The notes below the pieces were generated by a model. That model was not told the origin of the DNA. It saw only the letters and a list, made by a program, of their open reading frames with translations, and did no database searches. A stretch of 63,129 bases of DNA, filler included, from Guillardia theta CCMP2712 (taxonomy: Eukaryota > Protista > Cryptophyta), in assembly GCF_000315625.1 (NCBI RefSeq). It is 6 parts of 6 records of this genome, joined end to end, with 100 filler letters (N's around TTAATTAATTAA, not from the genome) between each part and the next. Parts side by side here need not be neighbours in the genome. Positions count along the whole stretch, not along the records: positions 44,492 to 52,474 come from NW_005434665.1; positions 52,575 to 59,938 come from NW_005434233.1; 4 more parts are not named here. One strand, given 5' to 3'. Numbering within the stretch: the first letter of the stretch is position 1; each line of letters starts with the position of its first letter. This document shows, piece after piece, positions 45,332 through 59,148 of the stretch. Both the position numbers and the translations under genes were made by a program.

Positions 45332-48030
45332 GGCAACCGTTGATGTTGACTAGCTGGTTAACACGGCGTTGCGGATTCTCATGTTCGAACCGACCGACGG
45401 TCGGGCGGCCCGCGGACGAGTCCCCGCCGGGCCCTCGGTCGGATCACTAAGTCGGAGTGCCCGGCAAGCCCAGCGGGCCTGACTGAGTCCGCGGCCGGCC
45501 CCCGCTGGCCCGGGGGTCACGGGCCGGGCGCCGTCACGTGCCAGCCGCTGAGGCTGGCCGGGCCGCAACCACCGTGGCACTGTGCTCACCGGGCCCGGCC
45601 CGGGCGCGGCCGCCGATCAGTGACACGGGGCATTCACGGCCGCTGAGAGCTATACCGGGTCTCTTTCATTTCCCAACTCATCCGAGTCTGCCGAATCTTG
45701 AACGTCTATCATAATTTCCTTCCAGCACAGATGGGACTATCATCGGCTATCATTATGATACTATGATACGACATCAGGCTACGGGAGTCGGAGGTGATGC
45801 GAACTCAGTTATGGAAAGCATGTTGGAATTATGATGATGAGACAGTGATTATGACATTGTTGAAGGATTGAGAAGATTGACAGTGAAGGAGCAGATTGAC
45901 AGTGAACTGGGATAGGCTCAGCAGTCAGAGGTTGCGGAACCTCAAAATGTTTACAAACCGATATTCACTGTTTCATCATAATTGAGACATGCTTTCTATG
46001 AGTGATCACCTCCGAGTAGGATATCGTATTACAGTATTATTGCTTGCCCTTGTCAGACGTCCACAATCTCATGTCCTAAACCTGGAAGTTTGTCGTGTGC
46101 CGGGACTGACTCACATTGTTGTGTCCATATTCGGTATCAAGACAGACACCTTCCAGCTATTTGGCCTCGTTCGTTCTGGCGCTTGCGTAGGCAGTTGGTG
46201 GTGTACTGTATCTTAGTTCAAATTTTAACTATGAGATTTGAATCTTCTTTGCTACTGAATCTTAGTTCAGCTTTATCCTACTCGTAGAGCCGCCGGCCCG
46301 CAAGATCTTTGTGAGGTCGTGAAAGAGCAACCTCTTTCACCTGTTTCCCCTATTCTGGCCTAGTTCCTGCATGTCATTGGTCTCAAATGCGCCTCGAACA
46401 TATCGAAACACATTTTACTATCTGCATCTTCTCTCGCCCCTCTTCTCCGCTCGCTCTTCCCCTCGCTCTGCCCCTCATTCCTCCCCCTCTCCTCTCATTG
46501 CCCTCGCCCTCGCTCCTCCCCACTCTCTCGCTTTCGCCCTTCCGCTCGCCCCTCCCCCTCTCTTTCACTCATCCCTCTCGCCCCCACTCTCTCACTCTCC
46601 CCCTTTCGCTTGCTCCCCCTCTCCCTCTCCCTCTTGTTCTTGTTTCCTTCCCTCGCCCTCGCCCTCGCCCTCGCCCTCGCCCTCGCCCTCCCTTCTTGCC
46701 CTCGCCCTCGCCCCTGAGAGTCTGCCCTCCCTTCCTTGCCCTCGCCCTCGCCCTCGCCCTCCCTTCTTGCCCTCGCCCTCGCCCTCGCCCTCGCCCTCCC
46801 TTCTCGACCTCGCCCTCGCCCTCGCCCTCGCCCTCGCCCTCGCCCTCTCGTCCTCGCCCTCGCTCTTGATCTCCCTCCTCCCCCTCCCTCACGGATCGGA
46901 TGCTATGGGACTGACCCTGTTTCGCATTTTTTTTTGACCATTTTTTTTCCTTTAAAAGTTGCCTCCAAGAATGATACAACGCACCCCAGAATGGAGGCAG
47001 CTTGGGAGGGGCTCGAGGGGGGTAGACTCAGTAGAGGAGGGGGTGGGTGTGGTCATAGACTGTGAGTTGAGTAAAAGTTGAGTCGCAGCCTGCCATGACG
47101 GATTCCCGTGACTGGTCACAGGTGGCTTACTTAACTATGGGACCCCGGTCGTAGGCCGCCTCCTACTAAAGTGCTAGTCTAACAGGTGACCCACCACCCC
47201 TGCCGCCGCTACATGTACCGGGCCCGGTCGTAGCCTAGCCTGTCTATTATGTCAAGGTGACCGACTACCACCCCTGCTACTACCGTGACCGTCATACGGT
47301 ACTGTCAGCCGTCGGTGATACCTGTCACGGTCAGGGTAGGGCTGCAGGGGCTGGCAACGTAGCGCTCGGCTTTTGCCGGTACAACCTGGCAGTGGCCTCA
47401 CATACACGGCAATACGGTAGCTACTATGACTCAGCCCGTATTCGGGGCTCTATGGTAGGTGTACCTAGTACGGGCCGAAAGGTACAGTAGTGGTATCTCG
47501 CCGGGTCAACTTTTAAACCGGGGGGGGGGCTGAGGGTTCAACATTTCGGCGGGTACCCACCCACCCCCTTATGATCAGGGGTGTATCACCCCCCCTTGAA
47601 CCCAAGAACGGGCATGTCTGAAGGTGTCTCGGTCATGACTGACCACATGGACCACCCCCAAGTCACAGCTGATCAGAGTGACTATGGGCAAACCACCCCA
47701 CCCCCAACACAAGTACAAATGACAGTAAAACCACCCCATGGTGCCTAGTGTAAAATGCACCGCTCCACCCCCCGTTAAAGACCTCTCATCCAATTTTGGA
47801 TGCAAACCAAGAGGGAAAAAAAAAAAAGAGATGGTCAACCACCCACCCCATTCAGTTATCACATACACACCACCCCAACAGGTGGCGCAGAATATCAATG
47901 AAAGTAACCCAGAGAAGGGGGTGGGCTCAAAGGACCACCCCGTTCTCTCAATCATTGCAGGTAGGGGTGGGGTAGGGGGAGAAGTGGTTTATACGGGGTC
48001 GTGCACCTATCTCGCGGATCTCTCGGCGCG

Positions 48031-48873
48031 ATGCTGGCACGTCAGGTGCTCCCGCTGCTCGCCATCGCAGGCTCCTTCCTCCTCGCCTCTGCCCACCCTG
48101 ATGAGGTCGTCGGAACAGACGCTCACTGCGCAAAGAAACTTGACGTTGGGGTCAACTATGGTGAGATGGGAGGGGCTGTACAACCTTCGACCGGGCGAGA
48201 TGTTGGTCTCGTCAAGGACGGAAAGCTCATCCCCTGCGGTACTTCCATCAAGGCAGGCACGGCTGGCCTTCAAGTGTGGATGACAGACAATGTTGCCACG
48301 TCAACCAACCAGTTTCTCTTCGAGCTTAAGTTCTCTGCGACTGGAAGCAGCACGTGGGGTTTCGCCGGAAGTGTGGACCAAGGCTCCTGCCCCACTACCC
48401 GTCTTTCCAACCCCAAGTACTCCAAGACTTCTACCGTCACCATGCCATCGGTCAATGGTGACCTCACTGTGCGCGGGTTGTGGGCTGCGGACTCGAAGCA
48501 CGGGATCATGGTGAATGAATGCAAGTACACCATCGCGACAAGTGCTGCTGACATCACCGTCGGCACGGACTGGAGAGCTGGTAAGACCGCTGAGTGCTAT
48601 CTATCGTCGTCTGACAGTGATGGTTTACAGTTACTATCCCTGAAACGCCGGTCGCTGGATCCACCATGTTGTCCGCCTCTTCTTCCCTTGCCCTCATTGC
48701 TTCATGCTTGTTGGCATGGGTTTGCAGGAGCTACGTTTGAACGTTGCTCGAGCTGTCTTAACTTCTCCATCAGAGGTGAAGCGATGGAAATATCTAGCAA
48801 AGCATCGTCCTGTGTAATCATATTGAAAATGAAAATCGCGAGCAAAAGCGCGGAACATCCAATGACGTTGTGA
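48031..48873 (+). CDS. secreted beta-rich protein (possibly Reeler/DOMON-like); 3' exons uncertain
   Basis: Signal peptide MLARQVLPLLAIAGSFLLASA-HP, spaced cysteines, LTVRGLWAA and a GT donor near 48581. Confidence 0.5.
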   Translation: MLARQVLPLLAIAGSFLLASAHPDEVVGTDAHCAKKLDVGVNYGEMGGAVQPSTGRDVGLVKDGKLIPCGTSIKAGTAGLQVWMTDNVATSTNQFLFELKFSATGSSTWGFAGSVDQGSCPTTRLSNPKYSKTSTVTMPSVNGDLTVRGLWAADSKHGIMVNECKYTIATSAADITVGTDWRAGKTAECYLSSSDSDGLQLLSLKRRSLDPPCCPPLLPLPSLLHACWHGFAGATFERCSSCLNFSIRGEAMEISSKASSCVIILKMKIASKSAEHPMTL

Positions 48874-51008
48874 ACTGTTCTAGACCGCATGCGGGGGTCC
48901 TCTTTGACTTGCGGAGGGTAAGCCAGAGGAATCTCTGCAAAGCTCTTCGTCAAGTACGGAAACCTCTGAGGAAACCTTGAGATTACCGTCACGGTTCGAG
49001 GCTTCACCGTCCTGCCATTTTTCAGGTTCCGAGTCGCATTCATTTTTGTGTAAGAAGAGTGACGTCAATCATTAGTCGAACAGAAGTGCCGCCGTACGTC
49101 ACAAGGCGCATCTACCAAAGGCTCCGCTATGATTGAGTTGAGAAGGTTCAACTAAGTTGAAGTGTTAAACATGGCATACCATACGAAACTCACGATGGCC
49201 CGGCAGCTTTTAATTGGGGTCTCAGTTTTGCTTTTGAGGAATCATAGTACTATCAAGCCTGGCCGCCGGCCGCAGTTTTCAGCCTGGGCCGCTGGCACTG
49301 CGGCAGTCTCAGTGACCGTTTAGGCTATGATAGTACGGCCCGGCCGCGGTGCGGGCCGGCGCCCGGTCCGGGCCTGACTCAGGCGCGGCGGGACGGACTG
49401 CCTCGGAGCAGCGGCCCGTCGCTCGCAGGTCTGCTCGCAGGTGCGGCCCGGCTCAGTCACACTAGTAGCCTAGTAGTGCGCCGCCGGGTGCATCAGCCTG
49501 GCAGCGCGGCGGCCGGCCGGCCTGGCAGGAGGCTGATGAGGGGGGATGAGGGCGAGTCGCAAAGGTCAAGTTGACATGGGCGAAGCAGAGGGGACTGGAA
49601 CAGTGAAGGGAGGGGAGGGGGGAGAGCAAGGAGTCGAAGAGAAGAGAGACGAGCTCGTGCAAGTGAGGACAGGAGGAGAGGTCGGCAGCAAAGAGGTTGA
49701 GAATCCCCCAGCGATCAAGTAAGTGAAGTAATGTTCCTTTGCATCTAACCTCCTTGATGGTTCTGATCATGGCAGGAAGGGACCGTCAGCAGCAGCCCAG
49801 CTGAAACTTGTTCAGTTCTCTGAAGGAATAGTGAACAAGGTTGATCTGCAGCCTACGACTGTGATCTCAGGACTGACGTGCTGCTTTTCTTCTAGGAAGT
49901 GGTGCTCGGAAACCTTTGGCGGGATCAAAATGTGCGTTTTTACTCTGTGCAGACTCGGAGCAAGGAAGTGATGACCGATGTGAAGGTTGTGATAATGGTC
50001 TTGCCCGACTTGAGATCCATGTCATGTCGAAGGATGCTTCTCTCTGCTGGAATCCTGCAGGTCAGCTACCATGGAGTCTGTTCTTCGCGTAAGAGCAGAG
50101 CAGGCACAGTTGCTCGCACATGAAGTTCCTATGTGCCTTGTCTTCGGGACGAGAGTATCTCTTCGTTCCTCCTCCTCCAAGCTGCTGACGTCATCTCGGC
50201 AGAACCCAAGACAAGCGCAGGTTTGCATGGAAGATTTTTCACTCGATTTGTCAAATGGTGAGATAAATCAAATCACTAAATTCACCGCGGCTCGAAGACT
50301 GAAGTGGCATGATAGTTGAGCTCTACATTGACAACTCAAGAAACTTCCGAGTCTACGAGGCTCTGGGCATGGAAAAGCGCAAAGCTCTGAAATCAACGTT
50401 TAATGAAGTGAGCAGGAGGTTATGCAGTAGTGTTACTGACTGCTGGTGATCAGAAAATGGATGCTTTCGGATACTACCTCCTACGAGCTTGCTTCGGTAA
50501 CACGAGCTCGTGGTGCTCGGGGTTGGGATTTTCGCACAAAAACCCCTTCTTGGTGACACTTGCCTGGCGAAGCCGAATGTCTGATGTGAAGGAACCAGGG
50601 GGGAGTCTTCCTGGTGGGGGAGGGAAGCAAGATCAAGTTCCGGTCTCCTCACAGTCCTGGCCAGTCAAGTTCCTCACTGTGTGAGCAGGTGGCAAGACGA
50701 GACGGGCATCGACCCCATCCCCACGCGAGATCTTCTCGATGCTGTGAGCTTACACACTCCTAGAGATTTCAACTCTGATAGGGACTGCAGTGCGCCAAAC
50801 TAAGAAAGCGATCTGCCGCTTCCTCCTCGAAAAATGTGTATGTCAAACCCGAGGATGAGATTGTCGGCATGGTCTATGTTCCTGTCTAGTTCTTCTTGTC
50901 TGTCAGGGCGAGTTCCCTCGACCTTGTCATGAAGCAGGAAAGAAGCACGTTTGGAGTACTTGCTGTCTTGAGTGCAGTGAAATCACTTCAAAGATGGTTA
51001 AAGGAACA

Positions 51009-52029
51009 TTATGTAATATATTTCAATGGAATATTCTTACTGCACATACCAGTCCACATAAAGCGATCTTGACAAAGGTGGGACTGCAGGGGAAAGCACC
51101 GGCTTTCATCACGATCAACTAGATTCAGCGGTTGATCCAAGCTTTCGCGGTAGATACTCGGAAGGTACAGAGGAAAGCTGCCATTTTCCTTCCCTCCATT
51201 CAGATTGAGCGATAGTCTAAGGATGTACTGCCATGAGCAAGAAAGAGCAAGCACGGGAGGAGAGATGTATCACCTGAACTCTCTTCCCCTGACGATAGTC
51301 AGCTATGCATTGTCTCCCGTTCGCCCAAGTATAGATACCCCTCCTGGAACTTCACGATGAACTGCAGCTTCAGAAGAGGCTGTTGGGACTCACCCATGCT
51401 TGAAGTCATCTACATACTCTCCTTCGAACTTGTCCCCGCTTGCCCACGTGTATATTCCTGGCCCATGCTTCACTCCGTTCCTGCACATGTAACAAACGAC
51501 AGGTCAAGATGAGGCAAGAAGGAAGCAAGCGGGCAACCGAAAGAAACCGTCATATGAATCTCCTTCATGTGGCCCTCCAACGTAGCGGACAAAATGGCGG
51601 CCGTCAGACACCTCCATCACTTTTGTTCTGTTCGCGTCAACTCCCTCTGTACTCGCCTTCAGAGACTAGCTTGCAAGGGGAAAGCACCTGCCTTGCACAA
51701 ACAGTGGATCCCTCGAAATGCTGCTGTCCAATGGCTGGGTGTTCTTCACATTTTCCTGATTCGAATTCAACTCTGTCGGACGTGGAAACTTGAGCGAAAC
51801 GCGCTTGGGAGAGTCGTGCAGCGGAGACTCTTCTCTGCTGAAGCAAGCTCATGGACGGCAGCATGTTGGCATGCAATCAGACATACCGAAAGCTGCCGTC
51901 CTTGAGGAACTTGTCACACGGCTGACACATTCCGCAGCTGAGAGTATCCTCCTGATAATACAATGACACCATGACGTCTTGATGTGCAGAAGAAACTACC
52001 TGCGACAGGTTCGACCCTGCGTTTCCCAT
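51009..52029 (-). CDS. MORN-repeat protein with possible N-myristoylation site
   Basis: Exons not in the ORF track read GDSYDGFF, NGVKHGPGIYTWASGDKFEGEYVDDFKHG and RGIYTWANGRQCIADYRQGKR. Start is MGNAGS; the 3' end is approximate. Confidence 0.75.
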
Positions 52030-52749
52030 GATAGTATCTCGGACTCCTCTATCTGCTCTGCCATGCAAATTAAGATGGGAAATCTCTCAAGCATTGTGAG
52101 CTATCTAGTATGCTTCAGAACAAGCCAGATTGGGTCAGACTGCACCCAGTGATGAAAGACAGGAAACGAAATCATATCGAACATGTAAAGAAAACAAACG
52201 CGACAACAATGAGATGAAAAGGGAAACGAACAATTGATCCAGGACAGCATATCAGAAGGATATCAGAATGATAAAAATGGAGATCACAAGGAGAACAGGT
52301 AGTAGAACAGCAGAAGCTGTAGGAAGAATGCGGCAGCGCTGCTCTCTACAAGGAATATGACGAGGAGGTGCGGGAGAGAGGAAAGGAGTAGGGGAGGGAG
52401 GGAGGGAGGGAGGGAGGGAGGGAGGGAGGGAGGGAGGGAGGGAGGGAGGGAGGGAGGGAGGAGGAGGAGGAGGANNNNNNNNNNNNNNNNNNNNNNNNNN
52501 NNNNNNNNNNNNNNNNNNTTAATTAATTAANNNNNNNNNNNNNNNNNNNNNNNNNNNNNNNNNNNNNNNNNNNNAGGAGTAGTAGTAGCAGTAGCAGGAG
52601 GAGGAGGAGGAGGAGGAGGAGGAGGAGGAGGAGATGGAGGACGAAATAAAGGAGGAGGAGATGGAGGACGAAATAAAGGAGGAAGAAATGGAGGAGGAGG
52701 AGGATGATGATGGCACTGTACAACAAAGGCAAAGCATGCAAAAGATATG

Positions 52750-55503
52750 TATCACCGTAGGTGTAACTCGTACTTCCGCAGGAGGCGGCTCGAGGCTCTC
52801 CTGCAAATAAACGTTAATCTAAGGCAAGAGGAGGGAGAAGAGGAAGAGGAAGAGGAAGAGGAAGAGAGAGGAAGAGGGAGGGGAAGAGGAAGGGGAAGGG
52901 GAAGGGGAAGAGGAAGGGGAAGGAGTGGTAGTAGAAATGAAAGGATGGTTGTTGTAGTTGGAGGAAAGGTATGATGATGATGATGATGATGCAGGTGATG
53001 ATGATAGACAAGATTAGAAGTGGTGGTAGTGGTAGAAGAAGAAGTAGTGGTAGCAGCGGTAGAAGTAGTGGTAGCGGTAGAAGTAGTGGTAGCGGTAGAA
53101 GTAGTGGTAGCGGTAGGAGTAGTGGCAGAAGGAAACCGGTGCTGTGGGGATCGGAAGTTTCAGGGCCTGCAAGGAAAATGAGACAAAACCAAGGGGAAGA
53201 ACAGATTGATTCAGGCAGTTGGAAAAAAAGGAAGAATGAGGGAGGGAGGGAGGGAAGGGCGGAAGAGAAGGAGAGGGTGGAAATGTGTTAAAGAGAGGAG
53301 AAGGCAGAAGGGGAAGAAAACATGGAGAGAGGGTGTGGGGAAGCGAAGAGAGGATAAGGACAATAGGGAACAGGAGGAGGGAGGGCAAGGGAGGGAGAGG
53401 AAGAATCAAGACAAATACTTGGTTGTGTTTCCAGTGATGCATGCGGATGGCGTCTCGAATGAAGACATATCCTTCCTGCTCGAGAGAGTGAGCGAGTGGA
53501 GGATGGTAGGGGACAGAACCTTTGAGCCAGGAACGGACCCACGAACGGCGATGAGGTTGTTTAGAGGATCAACAGCGTAGACCTGATGAACAGGTAAGAG
53601 GAGCAGCAGGAAGAGGGAGGTGAGCGAATTTGGAGAGGCAGTGGACGATAAGTGGAGGTAGAGAAAGGGGGGTTGCAGATGACGCTCACCAGCAAGCCCA
53701 GGACGGTGACTTGCTTATTTCCCATGTGCCCGTGCATTTTCTTGTTCTTGAAAGTTCGACTGTTGGAGCGAGTTAGGTGTGAGGTAGCATGGAAAAGCAG
53801 GCATCGAGGGAAAAGAGGAGGAAGAAGTAGATGGAGGGAGGGAGAAGAGACGGAGGGTAGACTGAGCATCATGTTTGTAGCTGCTCCTGCTGCTGATACT
53901 CAAGGACAAAAATGCCATGCACGCGTATGGCATCCTGACTGACATGGAACAAGACAGAGAGTCGTTTCCGAGCTTTTCCAACAAGAGCGGAGGAGGAGCA
54001 GGAAGTTCGTATGTGTGTGCGGGATAGCGAAGAGAGAGAGGACGAGCAGGAAGGAGAGGAAAAGTGGTTACCCTGGCGACTTGCGGTGCCCAGTGGAGCC
54101 CTGGGATAGCAAGGTGAGGGGAGAACAAAACAGCAGCGGTGACCCTACCAGCGATCTGTGGGACCGGGAGGCTCCGTGTGACGCTCCTGAGGAGGAGGCT
54201 CTTCAGACAGAGGCCCTCAAGAGGAGGAGCGAGCAGGAGAGCCGGAGACGTTCACATCCTCTCACCTTGACCACCGAAGCCCCAGCGCTTCATCGCACCC
54301 TGGAAGCCCTTCCCGATGCTGCAAGGGGGTCAGAGACTAGCCGGGCTAAAGCTGGATACTGATCCTACCTCTTCCCCGTGATGTCCACGTACTGGCCCGC
54401 GACTAGGTGAGACGCAGTAAGGCAAGTGCCTGACCTCCCGTGTCAGCTCGAGGGAGTGTGAGCAGGTAAAGATGGCCGACCGGTCTCCAGCAGGGCGTCC
54501 TCAGTGACGCGGAACTCGTGGACCTTCTTCTTGGGAACTACTGAGTGTTTCTGCCAGACAAGTTAAGGAGTAGGAGGATACTAGGAGAGGGCAAGTTGAG
54601 AAGGAGGAAGAGGAGGGGGAAAATGGAGGATGAGGAGGGGGAGGAAAAGAGGGAAGAGGAGGAGGAGGAGGAGAGGGGCGTGTGTGTGTAAAGAGGGAGC
54701 AGATAAGCAAGAGGAGCGCAGGGATGAGCAGGAGCAGAAGAAGGGGACAAAGAGACCTGGAAATGAAGTAGAAGTGATTTCGGCATGCGCTTAGCAAGCT
54801 GGTTGACAGCCCCGATCTTAGCAGGAACGAGAGTCAGCCGCTGGCTGCCATGGAGTCCCTCGGCTCCTCGACTTACCTGCAGTCCCGTGTATCCCTCGTT
54901 CTGAGGAGTCTTCACTTGGATAACCTTTGAAACACAGTTACCATCTGATTCAACCCACGCCCTCCTCCTCCTCCCTTTCGAGCCCTCCTCCTCCTCCCTT
55001 TCACATTCTCCTCCTTGCCCCCTTCCTCCCGTCCTGCTCCCACCCGTCCTGCTCCTCCTCTCTTTCCCGTTCACTTCCTGACCCCTTTCCACCCACATTT
55101 TCCTTCCTCCCATCCGTGTCCTCCTCGCCCCTTCCTACCTGGTTGTCCGGGATGTGGATCAGGGTCAATGGATGTCCGACCGAGTTGTCGTCCCAGGCTG
55201 CACGATGTCTCAGTTTCCCTTGTCCCGCCATGTTCCATTCTCCCTCATGCTCACCAAGGGTCATCCCCTTCTTCACTCCGATCAACCCGCACCTCACCGT
55301 CCTCTGAAAGCCCCCGGGAAGCAGCCCTGAGCAGGAAGGAAGGTCAGGATTGCGGATGGATAGAGGGGTGGGCGGGCGGGTGGATGGAGGGAGGGACAGA
55401 GAATGTGATAGAGGCAGAGGGAGAGAGCGAGCATGAGGGTGTTCGTACCTGTCTTGGCCGCCTGTGTCGCTACCTTCTGGATCCCTCGAATCAATCGGCT
55501 CAT
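52750..55503 (-). CDS. MRPL3: organellar (probably mitochondrial) ribosomal protein uL3, many short exons
   Basis: Exons: RCGLIGVKKGMT, VIQVKTPQNEGYTGLQ, HEFRV, GQYVDITGK, GKGFQGAMKRWGF, SHGASRSHRS, KNKKMHGHMGNKQVTV, LIAVRGSVPG and FIRDAIR. Basic presequence-like N-terminus MSRLIRGIQKV; the 3' end is approximate. Confidence 0.88.
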
Positions 55504-55879
55504 GGCTTTGAGCAAACTGGAGGATAAAGCTGAAGAATCAACACTATCATCATCGAGAAAACTTGATTATCAACAAACATGACCCACGACCCACTCTCCC
55601 TCTAGGAGCTCTTCCCTGCATATTTCTCTTCTCCATCCTCTCTTTTCACTCCTCCACTGCCATTGCATGCATAATACTCAATCTTATCAGCGTGTCCTCT
55701 AAAGTTTGCTTGCCTGCCCAGAATCTGCAACCCGTTCCCAATGCGCTTCTCTGACCTTACATTCGGTACATCTAACTTCAGCCTCTCCCTCACACTTTCT
55801 CTTTGACTACAACGCATCCACAGTCTTTCTCCTCCTCCTCCTCCTCCTCCTGTCCCCCCTTCGCTCTCCTGTCCCTGCC

Positions 55880-58800
55880 ATGGCTCCAACGTCTAACCCG
55901 CAGCCGCGCCTCGGCCCATTGATAGCTCCAAAGCTCCACCCGCGTGCTGTGGCCTCATCCCCGCGCAATCGGTCTGAGGCGGACCTTGTCCACTACGTCC
56001 GGTGAATATTTCAGGAGGTTTGCTTTGGCCACTTTATATAAGTTTTACAGGGAAGATCTCGAGCGGTTTAGTTTGGGTCTGGGTTCAGCTTAGCCGAAAG
56101 GACACGCCGCTTCGCATGCGCGGCGGGAGGGGGGAAGAGAAGGAGTCGGCGATGGAGGCTGCGGGGCAGGGAGGGAGGTGGCAGAGGAGGGGGAGGAGAT
56201 ATTCTGTTGAGTTTGCCATGGAATGGAGTGGAGAAGTTCTGATCTCCAAGAGTGTTTCTTGCATGCGTGCATGGCTTGCAAAGGTTCTATTTTGGTAAAC
56301 AATGGGGGAGAAGACAGGACCGAGTGGTTGTTAGAGTAAAGCTTGAGAGCAGAGGGGAGGACACAATCTGTTGATGTCAGTGTTAGGATGATATGTTCTC
56401 CTACCATGATATTGCGCTTTCCCATGCATGCGAACTCTCCTCGCCACAGTCGCGCTTACAAGTTTTACAGGAGCTTGAAGTGCCTGGCAGGCAACTTGGG
56501 GAGAGCAGACAGCTGCAATCTACTCCGGACCTCGTGGAAGTCCCTCCAGAGCCGATAGATCTGCTTCCGTCTACCATGTCCGCCGAGTATGGTCTGGTCA
56601 ACGACGACTACACCTACATGGAGGATTACAGGTGCTGTTTGCGGCCACGAGGGTTGAGTCTTCTCCCACTCACAGCTCTTCCTCAGGCGGGATGCATCCT
56701 ACCCTGTGAGACCTGCCGCTCCTGCGCCTGGCGGGGGAGGGGAGGCCGCGCCATTGCTGAGCCCTGGAGTTCCGACTGCAACCTCCTTCACGCAGATCGA
56801 GCATGTGTCCATCGACACTCCTGCCAACGCTCAGCCCTCCCTGATCCACATCGACGGCAAGCCCGTGTAAGGAGCTCTAGCTCGCTCCCCCCCCTGCTCC
56901 TTCTCCTGCTCACTTCGCTCTCCTGCTCCCGCACTCCTCTTGCTCTTTCCTTCCCCTGCTCCTGCTCCTGCTCCTGCTCCTGCTGATGTCTTCTCTATTA
57001 GGGATACACACAGGTATGAGTTCCCTGGCTTCGTCCCTCCCTCGGACCTCAAGTTCGAGATGCTCGACCCTATCGACCGGTCGACTCTCCACCATCCCTC
57101 CCGGGGGACCCTTAACGAGATCTACTCCACTGCGATCTGCGGCAACGACCTGACCTCCTCTGTCCTCTACGTCATTGGCGTCACCACCACCATGGCTGGT
57201 CAGCTCGCCCCGATCTGCCTGCTGATTGTTGGCTTCGTCCTCTACCTCTTCAAGTCCGTTTATGGCGAGGTGAGCCTTGAAACCCCTGCTGCTGCACCTC
57301 CTGCTTCTACTGCTTCTTCTCATCCTGTTCCTTCTGCTCCCCCTTACACCCTCCCCTTCTTGGTCCTCGTACTCACCCTCCCCTTCTTGGTCCTCGTACT
57401 TGTCCTTCTTGTTAGCTACCACCTCTTTTCCAAACTCTGTTTCTCCCATCTTCCTTTATTTCGCTCGTTGCTATTCCCTTTCCTGTTCTCTGCTGTTTTG
57501 GTTTCGTATCTCGCTTTTCATACTTCTCCTTCCTTCTCGTCTACCTCCCCCTTGTCTCTTCCTCTCGTCTTCTCACCTTACCTGTCCCCAGGCTGGGACG
57601 GCTATCCCACTCAACGGCGGAGCGTACAACCTCCTTCTGAACACAACCTCCAAGAACATGGCATCACTAGCCGCCTGCCTCACCATCCTCTCCTACATCG
57701 CCACGGCGGTGGTGAGTGCGACTGAGTGCATGACGTACGCTGCCAACTTGTGCCCCTGGATCGACATCTACTGGGGCACTATCCTCCTTCTTGGCTTCTT
57801 CTGCTTCCTCTCGGTCATGGGGATCACCGAGTCGGCGGTGGTGGCCGTTGGGATCTTTATCGTGCACATGGGGTCGATGGTGTTTCTTATCTTCGTGGGA
57901 ACCCTCTACACCTTCCAGAACCCTTCGATCCTTGCGAACAACCTGAAGGAGCCTCTCAAGTACGACTGGCCACTCTCGATCCTCTTCGGGTTCTGCACGG
58001 CCATGCTGGGAGTGACGGGCTTCGAGACGTCGGCGAACTACATTGAGGAGCAGCAGCGGGGAGTGTTTCCCAAGACGCTCTTCAACACCTGGTTCATCGT
58101 CTTCTGCCTTAACCCTGTCCTGTCCATTATCTGCCTTGGCGTCCTCGACCTCCCCACCCTCGAGGCCCATCACAGAGACGTGCTTGCCAAGACGGCCTAC
58201 GACGCCGGAGGGAAGTACTTCGGACTGTGGATCAGTGCTGACGCGGCCCTTGTGCTTGCTGGGGCTGTGCTGACTGCCTACGTCGGGGTGACTGGGCTGG
58301 TGAGGAGGCTGGCACTTGATCGCTGCATGCCGCAGCTGCTGCTGGCGGAGAACCGGTTCAGGAGGACGAACCATCTGATCCCTATCTCCTTCTTCATCCT
58401 CTGCTCCTCCCTCTTCATCCTGCTGCAGGGCAGAGTGCGTTCGCTTGCCAACGTGTACACGCTGTCGTTCTTGTGCGTGATGACGCTGTTCGCGGTCGGG
58501 AACATGATGCTCAAGTACAAGAGAGGAAGGATAAGGAGACCGATCCGCGCCTCGTGGTCGACCAACTTCGCAGCGCTGGCGGCTGTTGTCATTGCGCTCA
58601 TCGGCAACGTTATGCTTGCTCCTGGACATCTCATCTACTTCTTCATCTACTTCATCGTGGTCGCCGGCATCACCTGGGCGATGTTCGAGCGTATCAGAGT
58701 TCTGAAGTACTTCCTCTACTTCGTCTCCCAGGGTCCCCAGCACCTGCAGGATCGGTTTGCGGGCGTCACTCAGCTGGCCATGGACAAGATCAGGTCGCAG

Positions 58801-59148
58801 AAGGTGGTGTTCTTCGCCAAGAACGACAACCTGGAGGTTCTCAACAAAGCTGTCAGCTATGTCCAGCAGAACGAGCTCACCCGCTGGCTCAAGGTCGTCT
58901 ATGTGTACGAGGACCTTAACGATCCCATGATCAAGGCCATCGCCGAGAACCTCCGCGTTATTGACCGCTGCTTCCCCAAGATGGTGATCGACCTCGTTCT
59001 CGTCCAGGGCACGTTCTCTCCCGAGGTCGTAGCACAGATCTCCTCGAGGCTCGGCGTTCCGCGCAACTTTATGTTCATCGCCTGCCCCGGTGACAGGTTC
59101 CCCCATGACATCGGCGACTTCGGGGGAGTTCGGATGATCACGCACTAG
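55880..59148 (+). CDS. APC-superfamily amino acid permease with C-terminal soluble domain
   Basis: STAICGNDLTSSVLY, YGE|AGTAIPLNGGAY, LGVTGFETSANYIEEQ, multiple TM helices and VVFFAKNDNLEVLNKAV. The 5' exons upstream of ~57015 are tentative. Confidence 0.9.

Noticed and set aside
49880-51010. Possible spliced plus-strand gene
   Set aside because: Intron-like signals are present but I could not assemble a frame or recognise a domain
57667-59145. 492-aa antisense ORF, and similar long antisense ORFs over the ankyrin, ART and PP2C regions
   Set aside because: Shadow frames caused by GC-rich codon bias and repeats of the real genes
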